Shown: positions 37,901 through 49,572 of the stretch, piece after piece | Layout: each line of letters begins with the position of its first letter | Numbering within the stretch: position 1 is the first letter of the stretch | From: Callorhinchus milii | Lineage: Eukaryota | Direction: 5' to 3' | Assembly (NCBI RefSeq): GCF_018977255.1 | Contig: NW_024704743.1 | Coordinates: forward strand, 73,410,001-73,474,000 | DNA: 64,000 nt | Notes under the pieces: generated by a model | What the model was told of the DNA's origin: nothing | What the model saw: only the letters and a program-made list of their open reading frames with translations | Databases searched by the model: none | Program-made: the position numbers and the translations under genes

Positions 37901-39539
37901 CTGCTGATGAGCCAGGCTGGCTGTGCTGTCATCAGCAGTGCCCTGGAATACTGCGGATCCGCCTGGCTCAGGAACTGGGCTACCAAGACTGACATAGAGG
38001 GCCGGCTCAATTCCAACATTCCATTGCCAGGCATGTCACTTTGGACGCAGTTCAGCTCCAAGGAGACCCCGCTTAACTTAATAAATTGTTTTTGTTTAAT
38101 AATCACACTTTCCAGCTATTTCTCCATGTTGCTTGATATATTTTGTTGCTCAGCTGCTTATTCAGTTCAATTTTGAACAATTCTATTGATTCAGACACAA
38201 TTGCCACTTGTGGCAATCACTTCTAGATTAACAACCCTCAGAGTGAAGACATTCTTTAGAATTTTTCCCCGATATGTTTTGCCGACACTTTTGAAACTAT
38301 CTCCCTTGTCACCGATTCCTCAACTAATAGTAATAGCTCCAGTGGGGGAGCTCCAGCATGGATACAATAGTCCAAAATACCTCTTTTGGTGCAGTAAATA
38401 TTTTGATAATAATAATCTTTGTATTTGATATATCACCTTTTTACATCATTACAGACACTAAACTTTACAGTGAATCCTTTGAAGTGCTTTGGGACGTTTT
38501 CCAAACGTGAAAGGTACTATATAAAATTTAAGGATTATTGTTGTTATTATTGTGCTCACCGCTCCATAAAGAGATTGTGCACTAGAGAATTGGGAAAAGA
38601 AACTCTACTTCAGTGATTTCTCAATAGCTAGAACTGGAAGTTCTTAAGGATTGCAAAGGATTTTCATGTGCAGCAGCTGACTAGCTAAAATAAGCAAATA
38701 GGACTCCGTGTAAAATCTCATCTGAATGGTGTCACCTCCAACAGTGCACTCCCAACAGTGTATCACTCCGTGCTATATCCACTATATCTTACAAAGTAAA
38801 CTTAGGAGGATACTTTCCAACTGTTTTTGAAATTAAAATCAAATCTTCATGCAAGATACTGTAAGAAATTCCATCCTCTGGAGTTTTTGTGAAGCACAGT
38901 GTGAGACAGGAAACTCAGGATATCGCACTGTATGGAGGCACCCCACAATCACAGTGCTTGCTTATTGTTGTCCAGAAACATTAAGGGAAAACGAAGGGCA
39001 CGCACAAGTACATGATGCCAGATAGACATTGTTTCTTTTCTTCCAAATAACTCAAAAGGATATTGGTAATTACTCAGAAATATTGCATGCTCCATAAAAA
39101 GCTATATCCTGTTTCCAAAAGAAATCCCAGCAGAAAGAAGTCTTGCCCTTTTGTATTGTCAAGAGATGAAGTGGGAGGGAGAATATTTGCGATGTTCAAA
39201 TTCAGCTTGGGTTTTAAACAAGCATCGATGAATGGTCAAATGTTTTGCTTTGAGTCACGCAAAACAATATTTGCAGCAGGGAGTACTGATTGTGTGCAGT
39301 AATCATGCAAATAGACAAACCCCCACAGTGTTTATCTGTGAAGTCTATTCCTGGGCAGAGAATCAGAAAATATAGGTTTAATCACACAAAGTACTGTGAG
39401 AATGTGGCGTGCACTATCCCTATCCAAATTCTTTAGATGTAGAATTGAATGGGATTTTATTTTGGTCTGACACATGTCAGAATCCCATCACCATGCTTTA
39501 GAGTTCCCAACCTGTCTGGACATAGAATGCTTCAGTTCT

Positions 39540-40098
39540 GGTCTACATGAAGGGGCTGTCCCGGCCCTGGAGACAGTGTGGAGCTCAGCAACAAAGATAA
39601 TCCCCTATGTTAATGAGCAACACATCCAAGAACAACAACTTATAACCTTTGTATAGCGCACTTCGCGCAGGGTAGAGTCTCGGAGTGCTTGAACAAGCGC
39701 TTGTCAAACAATTTAAACAAGCCAGAGCTCTTCAATCTTGAGAGGAAAAGGCATTTCAGAGGGGATCTTATGGAGGGGTAGAACTTTTTAAATGGGATTG
39801 AGTAAGTAAATCCAGAACAATACTTTAGGATGCACCAAGACAGTAGAACAGGAGGACCTATGTTTTTAATTTCAAAGGGCAATTTCAGTACAGATTCCAG
39901 GAGGTTTTTCTTCACTCACAGGGTAATTAACAACAGCAACAGATTGCCAGGAAAACTGGTTGAGGCCAGTACTAGATTCATTTAAAAAACAGCTTTGTGC
40001 TGTGATGGGAGGATGGTCGGTGGGGGTGCTGAAAGGAAGAGACAAGATAGGCCAAAGGGCCTTCTTCATGCAAACTATTCTTGTGATCTTGTGATCTC
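39540..40098 (+). mobile_element. Older CR1 3' fragment interrupted by a short L2 tail (about 39631-39695, minus strand)
   Basis: LFNLERKRHFRGDL and RTGG..F..KG..FS motifs, tail ttcttgtgatcttgtgatc. Confidence 0.75.
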
Positions 40099-42129
40099 AG
40101 ATCTTTCTCTCTGACTACTGTCTGATCTATCTCTTTTTTTCCTGGTGTGATCTGAGCTCTATTTAGATCTGTTCTGCTTCCTGTTATAATAATAAAAATA
40201 ATAATCCTTACATATGATGTTGCCCGAACCTGAAAATGAAGTTACTATACTTCTCAACAATTACTATGAAATTTTTAACTGCACTTTAGAAATGCAAATT
40301 ATTTTTCTAACCAACTTTGTTTGGTCAGGTAACCTTGAAAAGACCCTGCTTCACAAAAATGTTTCCAGTAATGATGTTCGGAGACTGACTGGCTTACTCA
40401 CAGCCCCTGTCACGCAAACCCTGACTACTTTATGGCTCTGTTCTATTGATCTAGCTGGAGGTTCATGGAAGCAGAGGCATGAGTCTAAAAGCATGAGAAG
40501 AACCTGCCAGGAGGGAGAAAGCAGAATTAATACATTCAGTTGCTCAGAGCATGGGACTTCACGCTTTTAAATTGAAACTGATTTTATGGAAATGAGCTAA
40601 ATTTAAAATACATGAGATAACTAAATTAGGTTAATTTGATATGCATGTCTAGTCTTATGAGACACATGTGCTACAGGCAACTGCATAAAACATAACATCT
40701 TATCTACTACATTCTACATTTGATAGGTTCAAGTCCTTATGTCTGACACTGCATATAACTAAAGTATATAGCATTATAACTAAAGTAAAATGCTGATATT
40801 GGATGGTCCAATGATTAGTCCCCTCCCCACCATCGCTGCAGTTACAGAACAGTGTTTCAGTAGTGTTTCATTGTACAGTGATTGGCAATATTTTTCTGTG
40901 GTTTTGGGGTTTTAGGAACCAAAGTCTGTCTTTCAGTTTTGCTCAGTTAATCATCCTCTGAGTTAACAATCCCTCAAAAAAAGTGGTCAAATCACCTCAC
41001 GGATGTTTGTGGGCCATTACTATGTGCAAATTGTCTTCTGTGTTTGACTACAAAATACACAGTCACTAGACTTTACAGTAAACTCAGATCAATACTTCGA
41101 ATAATTTCACCTCATTTCACAAGTAATCGCTGAGAAGTATAGTAGCTGCAATTTCAATAGGTTCAGAAACTGTTTGCGTCTAGCGAGGTCCAGCAAACAG
41201 TCGTGAGGTGAATGATCAATTAATTTGGAGGATTGTTAACACTGGTAGAAACTCCCTCTCTGTTCAAATTGCATCATAGGATCTTAGTTCACATGGCAAG
41301 ATAGACAGGAGCTTTCAAACAAAAACTGACAACTCTGACAATGCAGTGTTCCCCCAGTACTGCGCTGGATGGAGTATCAGCCAGACAATGAGCTCACAGA
41401 TGGATGTGAACCACCATACTTCCAATCCAAAAGAAAGGATGCTACCAACTGAGCTAAGCCAACACACTACATCACAGGACAGCTGGTCTGACTTGCAGGT
41501 TGCAGTCCAATGAGGAGTAACTTACATTGTACAAAATCCTGTGATGTGACTAAGGATTGACATTTAACAAAAATGACTATTTTTTGGCTGCCTTGTGTCC
41601 AACTTACTCGGAACACTTTGCAGTGCTTAAGAATCTCTAGTTTTAGTTAAAGAGAACCTGCAGAAGCAGTGGGTTTGTTTGCCAGTTCTGGAATTCCAAT
41701 CTTTCTACCAGAGGGAGAACAACAATAACAACTTGCATTCGGATAGTGACTCGGAGCATTGCACAACGGTGGGGTTGGATGCTGAGCAAGGGAGAAAGGA
41801 GAGGTGGACTGGGTAGCCATATGATTGAGTCAGAGAGTTCCAGAGGTTAGTGGCATAGTGGCTGAAGACACAGCCAGCGATGGTGGCATGGAGGGATTAG
41901 GGATGCACAGCGGCCTGTATTACCTGAACTCCCCATACCACATGGATGGACAAAAGTCAAAGTATAAAAACGCTACTCACAGGGCCAGGAATAATAACAG
42001 ATTTCTCACTGACATCAAAAAAACTGTTGCTGCTGTGTTTTAAGGTGCTGAAAACACTCTTCCAAAGTTAGGGAACCAGGGTTCACTCCCAAACTCTGTT
42101 GTTAAGTGCTCATTATGTTTGTAACTTTT

Positions 42130-43368
42130 CATAGATTCATAGAATGTTACGGCACAGAAGGAGGCCATTCGGCACATTGAGTCTGTGCCGGCTCTTTGAC
42201 AGAGCAAGTCACTTTCACTAACCCCATTCACCAGCTTTCACCCCATAACCCTGCAAACCCGTCTTCCCCAGATACCTATCCAGTTCTCTCTCAAAAGCTG
42301 TTATCGAATCGGACTTCACTACCCTTTCAGGCAGATCATTCCAAATTCAAACAACTCGCTGAGTGAAAAATTTTTGGTAGATATCTTAAGACTGTGACCA
42401 CGGGTCACAGACACACCTACCAGCGGAAACAGCTTTTCCTTATCTAGCCTGTCGAAACCTTTCATGATCTTGAAGACCTCTATCAGGTCCCTGCGTAACC
42501 TTCTCTGCTCTAATGGGAAAAGTCCTAACTTCTCCAGCCTGTCCTCATAGCTAAGGTTCCCCATTCCTGGTATCATTCTCGTGAATCTCCTCTGCACCCT
42601 TTCCAGTGCCTTAATGTCCTTCCTGAAGTAAGGTGCCCAGAACTGGACGCAGTACTCCAGCTGAGGCCTAACCAGTGTTTTGTATAGATTAACCATAACC
42701 TCCCTACTCTTATACTCTATGCCCCTACTAATAAAGCTCAGTACACCAAATGCCTTTTTTACTGCCTTATCTACCTGCCCCGCTACCTTTAATGATTCGC
42801 TTACTTGAACACCCAGATCTCTCTGTACGTTCACCCCCTTAAGATTGAGCTACCAAGTCTATATTGCCTCCTATAATTTTTCCTACCTAAGTGTATCACT
42901 TCACACTTATCCACATTGAAATCCATCTGCCACATGTCAGCCCATTCCACCATTCTGTGTATGTCTGCCTGCAGTCGGTTACAGTCCTCCTCACTATTTA
43001 CTATCCTACCTGACTTTGTATCATCTGCAAACTTGGAAATAGTGCTCTCTATGCCCCAGTCCAGATCATTAATATATATTAGAAAGAGCAGTGGTCCCAA
43101 TACCGATCCCTGGGGGACACGGCTGCACACCTCCTTCCATTTCGAGAAACACCCATTAACCACCACCCTCTGCTTTCTGTCACTCAGCCAATTCTTAATC
43201 CAAACTGCCACTGTCCCCTTAAAACCATGAGCCTCTAATTTTTTTATTAATCTCTTATGCGGTACTGTGTCAAAAGCCTTTTTGAAATCCATGTAAATAA
43301 CGTCCACCGCATTTCCCTCATCAACCCTCGTAGTCGCCTCTTCAAAAAATTCTATTAGATTTGTTAGG
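42130..43368 (-). mobile_element. 5'-truncated CR1 LINE: RT and C-terminus of ORF2, one frameshift near 42835
   Basis: [77 protein letters not shown]-type tail at 42130-42145. Confidence 0.95.
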
Positions 43369-43783
43369 CATAGATTCATAGAATCTATCATACTTGGTAT
43401 CCCCTGTTTGCAAATATTCAAGTACAGATAAATAATTGGAACTGAATAAGACTTCTGAATAAGACTTCCTACTGCAGATTAAGTTACATTTGCCAATTTG
43501 AAACCAAGATAATTCTTAGCTCACTTGTGAGAAGAGTCTAAAATAGACTTTGCACATTGCTCTTATGTTCCATGCCTGTTGCTCACCTTGCTAAAGTTAA
43601 AAGAACACACCAATTTAATGGTGAAGCACAGCCATTTGCTACCAAATGTGCAGTATCCATGGAATTATTTGAAAAGAAAAGGGTTTTTCTCCTGATATTC
43701 TGGCCGATAATTCCCAAGTAAACTTCACTTTATGGCTGTTTGTGATACATTGCTTTGAACACATTGGCTGCTAAGGCAAAGCC

Positions 43784-43900
43784 TGTGAATTGTGGAAAAT
43801 TCTTAACTGCAGTCTTAATTCGGAAGCCAGTTATTTTTAAGAACTGAGAAAAAACAGCTTCCAAATTAAAAGTGAATTGAGAATTTTCACAATTCTGCAC
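43784..43900. repeat. About 120-bp palindromic MITE-like repeat (best copy of a multi-copy family)
   Basis: Left arm gaattgtggaaaattcttaactgcagtcttaattcggaagc is the imperfect reverse complement of gcttccaaattaaaagtgaattgagaattttcacaattc. Related copies occur elsewhere in the window. Confidence 0.8.
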
Positions 43901-44013
43901 GATCAGAAATTTTCAGATATAGTCTTACAGGATAGCGTTAGAAAAAAATTAAACCTTTGGTATATTAGAATTATAACTAGAATATTTTGCCCACAGTCAA
44001 TCCACTTTACAGT

Positions 44014-46857
44014 ACAACAACAACTTGGATTTATATAGTGCCCTCCACGCCGTACGGCATCTCAAAGCACTTCACAGTAACAGATCCCGGGGCCGAGCCA
44101 GGGGGAGTGGGAGGAAGGTGACAAAAGGCGCAGTCGAAGAGAAAGGTCTTGAGCAGGGACCTGAAAATAGGAAGAGAGGGGGCGAGGCAAAGGGAGTGAG
44201 GAAGGGAATTCCAGAGCCTCGGGGAGTAGTGGCTGAAGGTATGGCCACTGAGGGTGGAGCGGAGGACTCGGGGGCCGAGAAGAAGGCCAGACCCAGAGGA
44301 ACAAAGACAACGGGTACTGTTTTGAGGAGAGAGGAGGTCAGAGAGGCAGGGGGGGTGCAGAGGAGTGCAGGGACTTGAATACAAGGGTGAGGATCTTGAA
44401 ATCGATCCTTTCTGGGATAGGCAGTCAGTGCAGTCTGGCAAGAACTGGGCTAATCAGGGAGCGGAGTTTGGTGCGGAGAAGCCATTTGTGCAGATGTACG
44501 GTTTGTGAGGTAGGACTCGCACCAGGCGAATGCGGTCCCACTGAGGTGGATGACGGAGGAAAGGCGGTGGAGGAGGATGGCGTGATCGACTGTGTCGAAC
44601 GCGGCAGAGAGGTCCAGGAGGACAAAGAGGCAGAGGGAGCCCTGGTCACAGATAGAGAGGATGTTATTTGTGACTTTCACAAGCGCAGTCTCTGTACTGT
44701 AGGCAGGATGGAAACCGGATTGGCGGGGTTCGAAGAGAGAGTAGGAGGAGAGGTGTACGCAAAGTTGATTGGCAACAACGCATTATAGGACTTTTGCGAG
44801 GAAGGGCAGGTTAGAAATGGGGCGGTAGTGGCTGGGGTTTGAAGGATCTAGGGAAGGTTTTTTGAGGAGGAGGGTGATGACAGCAGTTTTGAGGGGGGCA
44901 GTGACTGATCCGGAGGAGAGGGACTGGTTGATGACATCAGCTTGTAGCGGGCAGAGGAGGGGGAGCTGGGTGACCAGCAAGTGGATGGGGAGGGGGTCGA
45001 GGCAGCAGCTGGTGGGTTTCATGGAGGTGATGGTGGATGAGAGGGAGGAGGGAGAGAGGGGCAGGAAGGAATGTAGGATGGGGGTGGTGGTAGGAGCAGA
45101 TGATGGGGAGGGTGAGGGCAACAGAGAGGGCGAGGTGGTGGGTGACAAAGTGCAGGTGGATGAGGCTGCCAGGCGGATGTTGTGTATTTTAGATGAAAAG
45201 GAGTCCATGACCTCCTTGCACTTGGCGTTGGATGTGAAGATTGAGGAGGCCTGAGGGAGCGCATGGAGGAGATAGTGGGTGGTGGAAAAAAGGATTTTTG
45301 GGTTGTGTTTAGCCTCCAAGATGATGTTGGAGTAGAAGACCGGGTTCGGGTTTTTAGGCGGGGGAGAAGGTTGTTGTACCAGAGGGATCCGGTGGGTTTG
45401 GAGATGGTCCTGGATTCTAGTGGGACGCGGGAGTTGAAGTTGGAGGAGAGGTGATCATGGAGCAGCTGGAGGACTGCTTCAGGATCTCTGTGGGTGGAAG
45501 GCCAAAGGGATAGGATGTTTGATGATGAAAGGGCCTTTGTGAGGGTCTCAAGAGGTGGCCTTTTCCAAGGGCGGTAGAGGATGATTGAGGGCTTGGTGGA
45601 GGAGAGAGGGATGTGAGAGAAGAAGGAGATAAGGAAGTGGTCTGAGATGGCCTTGTCCACTATCTAAGGTCGGAAATGTCAAGGCCATTGATGATATCGA
45701 GGTCAAGGGCATGACAACGGTTGTGGGTGGGTGAATTCATTTGAAGGGTGAGGTTTAGGGAGGAGAGGAGGGCAGTTAGGTTGGCAGAAGTGGTGCAAGG
45801 GGAGTTTAGGTGGAGGTTGAAATCGCCCATTATGAGCAGGCGCTCGGAACAGACAGGGAAGAGAGGAGAGTAGAGATGTCTGTGTCGAAGGAGCCAGGGG
45901 CCTTAGGGGGGCGGTAGACAAGGAGGATTTTCAATGGGAGAGAGGGGTCGAAGAGGGTGAGGTGCTCGAAAGAGGGGAAACAGCTGGAGGAGTAGGGGGT
46001 AAGACAAGGGCGGCTTTGGAAATGAGGGCCACCCCACCGCCACGTTGGTTTGGACGGGCGACGTGGTGGAAGGTGTAGCCTGGAGGGGAGGCTCCCACTA
46101 GGGGGACGAGGTCATTGGGGGAGAGCCAGGTTTCGGTGAGCCCAAGAATGTCAAGGTGCTCATCCAGGATGAGGTCGTGGATGGTGAGGGCTTTATTTGA
46201 GAGGGAACGGACATTTTGGAGGGAAATGCGGGTGAGTTTGCTGGAGGGAGGGGAGGAGAGAGTGGTGCGGAGAGGATTTTTGGGGTGTACAGGAGAGATG
46301 GTTGTGGAGAGTGGTGTGAGTGAAGAGTTGGGGAGGGTACATATGAGGGAAGGGGGAGTAGGATTTGCCTTAAGGAGGCGGTTTGAGCAGAGGGAGTGAA
46401 TGATTGGACCAGAGGGAAGTGTTGATGGGGTCAAGGAGAGAGAGAAGGCGGGGAGGGCGGTGGGAGAGAAGGACAGAGTAACGGATAGAGGTGGGTGGGA
46501 GGAGAGACATTTAGAGTGGAGGGGGCGGCTCGGGTGAGGGCGGCAGCCAAAACGCGCACGCAGAAACCGGGAGCGAGCGAGCGATCAGCGGGACAGCATC
46601 AGCCCGCAGGCTCAGCCTCCCAGGTCATGGCTGGGATGGCAGTGCCAGAGACCAGGACATTGTTGTTATTGTTTATGCTGTTTTTTTAACTGTGACGTCA
46701 CACCGACGTCACTTTGTGTATCGCGCCCCCTCCTGTCACTTACCTCCCCCCGCGCTCTCCTGATTCCGCTCCCGTCCGAGTGGCTCCTCACCTGGCTGTG
46801 CTTTATACGCAGCAGGGCCTCGGATCCGCCCTGCGCTCTCCTGACTCCGCTCCCGTC
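44014..46857 (-). mobile_element. Nearly full-length L2-clade LINE, decayed, with an internal deletion in RT
   Basis: APE endonuclease motifs (LQNVRSL, LGLTETWL, RGGGVALI, SDHFLI) and RT N-terminal motifs (YRPISNLPFLAKV, LLDLSAAFDTVDH). C-terminal LARLH..P region and (TTG)n tail at 44014. Both ends interrupt a single SINE. Confidence 0.92.
46692..46712. promoter_or_regulatory. Full CRE/ATF palindrome (TGACGTCA at 46693-46700) plus an adjacent near-CRE, in the L2 5' region
   Basis: gtgacgtcacaccgacgtcac within a locally CpG-rich segment. Function untested. Confidence 0.35.
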
Positions 46858-47293
46858 ATCCTATGAAGTGCTTTGAGACGTCTCAATGAAATGATAAGGC
46901 ACTATTCCAATGCGAGGATTGTTATTATTCAATGCACTGTTACATTTTATAGTGGCAAGAACCTCACTCAGTACATCTAGTCCTGAATAAATGTTCACAC
47001 CTGAGAAAATATGATGTTATTTTAAATTACAATGCAAATTTGCACATGTACAGCACCTTTCATGTCAGGGGATGTTCTAAAACCCTGGACATCACAGCCT
47101 CCCTCGTGAGCCTCATAAAAAACAAAAGGAGGGAAAAGAATAGGGAAAAAATATTTACTTAACATAGTTACAAAAAAAGTGGTTCAATACAGAGAAAGAA
47201 ATTAAACCAACAAAGAAAATATGATAATGTAGAAAAGACAGCAATTTACCCAGATATGCTGTTGGACCTGAAATATTGTTCAAACAAGGAATA

Positions 47294-48040
47294 CAACCAC
47301 AACAACAAATATGGCGCCCTCCACGCAGGGTAGCGTCTCAGAGCACTGAACAGTGGCGGAGCCTGACTCTGAGCTGGGGGAGGGGGTGGGGTGGCCGTAA
47401 GTACGGTCGAACAGGAAAGTCTTCAGGCGGGACTTGAAAGAGGGGAGAGAGGGAACAAGGCGGAGAGATTGAGGGATAGTGTTCCAGAGTTTGGGAGCAT
47501 AGTGGCTGAAAGTACGACCTCTGATAGTGGGGCAGAGGGTGTGAGGGACAAGCAGAAGGCCAGTGCCAGGCGAGCTTAGGCGCCGGGTCATGAATTGGGG
47601 AGTGAGGAGGTTGGAGAGGTAGGGAGATGCCAGAGAGTGAAGGGATTGGAACACGAGTGTGAGGATCTTGAAGTCGATCCATTCTGTGATGGGGAGCCAG
47701 TGGAGCCCGGCCAGAACTGGTGAGATGTGGGTACGGAGATTGGTCCGGGTCAGTAAATGGGTGGCAGAGTTTTGAATGAGCTGGATCTTGTGAATGGTGG
47801 AGCTGGGGAGACCGGTGAGGAGTACGTTTGAGTAATCCAAGCGGGAGGTGATAAACGCATGCACGAGGGTTTCAGCTGCATTTGGGGTAACGTACGGTCG
47901 GAGGTGGGCAATGTGGCAGAGGAGTAGGAAGGTGGGATCGGATGTTGAGGAGGAAGGACAGATGGGAGTTGAACCGGCCGCCTAGGTTGCGCACTGGTTC
48001 GGTGAATCTGAGGGAGACCCCAGGGATGTTGAGGAGTCCC
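47294..48040 (-). mobile_element. L2 LINE 3' fragment
   Basis: HAFITSRLDYSNVLL, LAGLHWLPI, KLWNTIP, FKSRLKTFLF, TTG tail at about 47294. Confidence 0.92.
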
Positions 48041-48326
48041 AGCGCCTTGGGACATCCTCCTTCCATGAAAGGCACTATACAAGCGTAATCTTATTGTTTA
48101 GATTCGCAGGAGTGAAGACATTGACGGGAGCCAAGGAATATGGCTTCTGTCTTGTCCATATTCAGCTTCAGAATAGCAGCTGTTCTGAGGCTCATAACTG
48201 CATCTGGTATTGACACCAAATTAATTGCCTTAATTTTGAAACTGATTTTCTGTAAGTGTCTTTTAAGAACTGTTGAAAAACAACTTCAAAGTTAAGACTG
48301 AATTCGACAATTTGTCAAATTGTGGA

Positions 48327-48575
48327 CAGTTCCGCCCAAATGATGGCCTGCAGGCCAGCTGGTTGCGGCCTGTGAGGCTGGCAAGAAGCTCGCCCCGCGC
48401 CCCCAGCCGCCCTCCAAAAAAAATAGTGGAATGATTCTAGGTAAGTCCATTTTCAATCGGTAATATCTTTCCAGGTTTTTCTTGATTGAATATTTCTTGA
48501 TTTATGGCATAAATCAAGAAATATTCAATCAAGAACATTCATTTTGTTGGCCGACGATAAAGATTGGCTGCTCTA
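48327..48575. mobile_element. Non-autonomous DNA transposon (hAT/Charlie-like ends) with perfect 57-bp palindrome, copy 2
   Basis: Starts cagttccgcccaaatgatggcctgcaggcc. Shares ctaggtaagtccat...tttccaggtttttcttgattgaatatttcttgatttatg with copy 1. Confidence 0.6.
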
Positions 48576-49379
48576 AATTGTTACATACATTGTGTAAAAA
48601 TAATGCACCAGGAATTTCTCCCCATATAATAGTATTAAAATTTAAGATTGTGCAGAATTTGGGAAAATTCTTAACTTCTGGTTTCATTTGGAAGACAATT
48701 TTCTGCAAATCTTTTTGATGGTCAAAATAGGAAACTGGCCTAACTCAACCGATAATTATTGACTGAAATTCTATTGTTTCACAAAAGAAGTATCACCACA
48801 AGTCTGTTATGAAACATCACATTTTCCACTCTCATAGTAATGTGCTAGGAAGGAATGAACATCAGAAACAAATTTGGCATGAAAAAAAGGTGAAGATAAT
48901 TTTTTTTCTCTTCAGCTCACCTCTGAAACCATTATTAACGTCCAGCTTGTGATCTTATTGTCTTATTGCAAGTGACTTCCTCACTGTATTCATTAGGAGT
49001 TTCCTGCTTTTGAGCGAGATTTTTGATTAGGTGTTTCCTACCTGTGAGCGAGAAATTTCTCTGAGGCTGAAGATGAACTGATTACATTTTGACTTGTAAA
49101 ATAGCAACCATTTATATTTATCGGATACATTTCATGCCGAAAGTGCTTCACACAATTGCTTGGGAGCTTGAGTTGGAGGCAGAGCGAACGGGGAGTGGGG
49201 GGGACTCTCTCTCTGATGTACCCCCTTGGTGTGGAGAACGACCGCAGGTATCCTGGATGAGGTAAGATTTGGGATCCTGAGATTTGGGATATTAAAATCC
49301 TGAAATACCGGGATTCCGAAAGAGCACAGGGATTGCAACCCTTTCTTTTCCTGAACAAGAATATTTCATGGCAGTTAAA

Positions 49380-49572
49380 ATAATAAATATAAATAATCCT
49401 TGCAATTGATATAGCGCTTTTCACATCTTCAAGACGTCTCAAAGCACTTCACAGAATACACTATATAAAGTGAATTGAATTTATATTTTTGGGTGAAACG
49501 CAGCAACCAATTGCGCACAGCAGTGTTCCACAAACAGTCGTGGATTGAGTGACCACATTTTATTTTATTATT
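49380..49572 (-). mobile_element. Short SINE body and tail
   Basis: Same unit as 20434-20641. Confidence 0.85.

Larger units (their letters stand above)
43590..46930 (+). mobile_element. Host SINE split by a palindromic element (43784-43900) and the L2 (44014-46857)
   Basis: The SINE motif cactttacagta stops at 44014 and resumes as atcctatgaagtgctttgagacgtc...gaggattgttattatt at 46858-46930. Confidence 0.8.

Noticed and set aside
26168..38106. Shared peptide PQYSRALLMTAQP in two ORFs (26168-26533 and 37834-38106)
   Set aside because: It comes from nucleotide similarity between two copies of the unnamed repeat. The flanking translations are unrelated and there is no evidence of splicing.
43442..43468. 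Short tandem duplications (ctgaataagactt x2; also about 13382-13414 and 23925-23962)
   Set aside because: Ordinary slippage duplications with no sign of function.
49250..49342. gggat/atcc-rich segment ending cagggattgcaacc, resembling a DNA-transposon terminus
   Set aside because: No matching opposite end, target duplication or second copy found.
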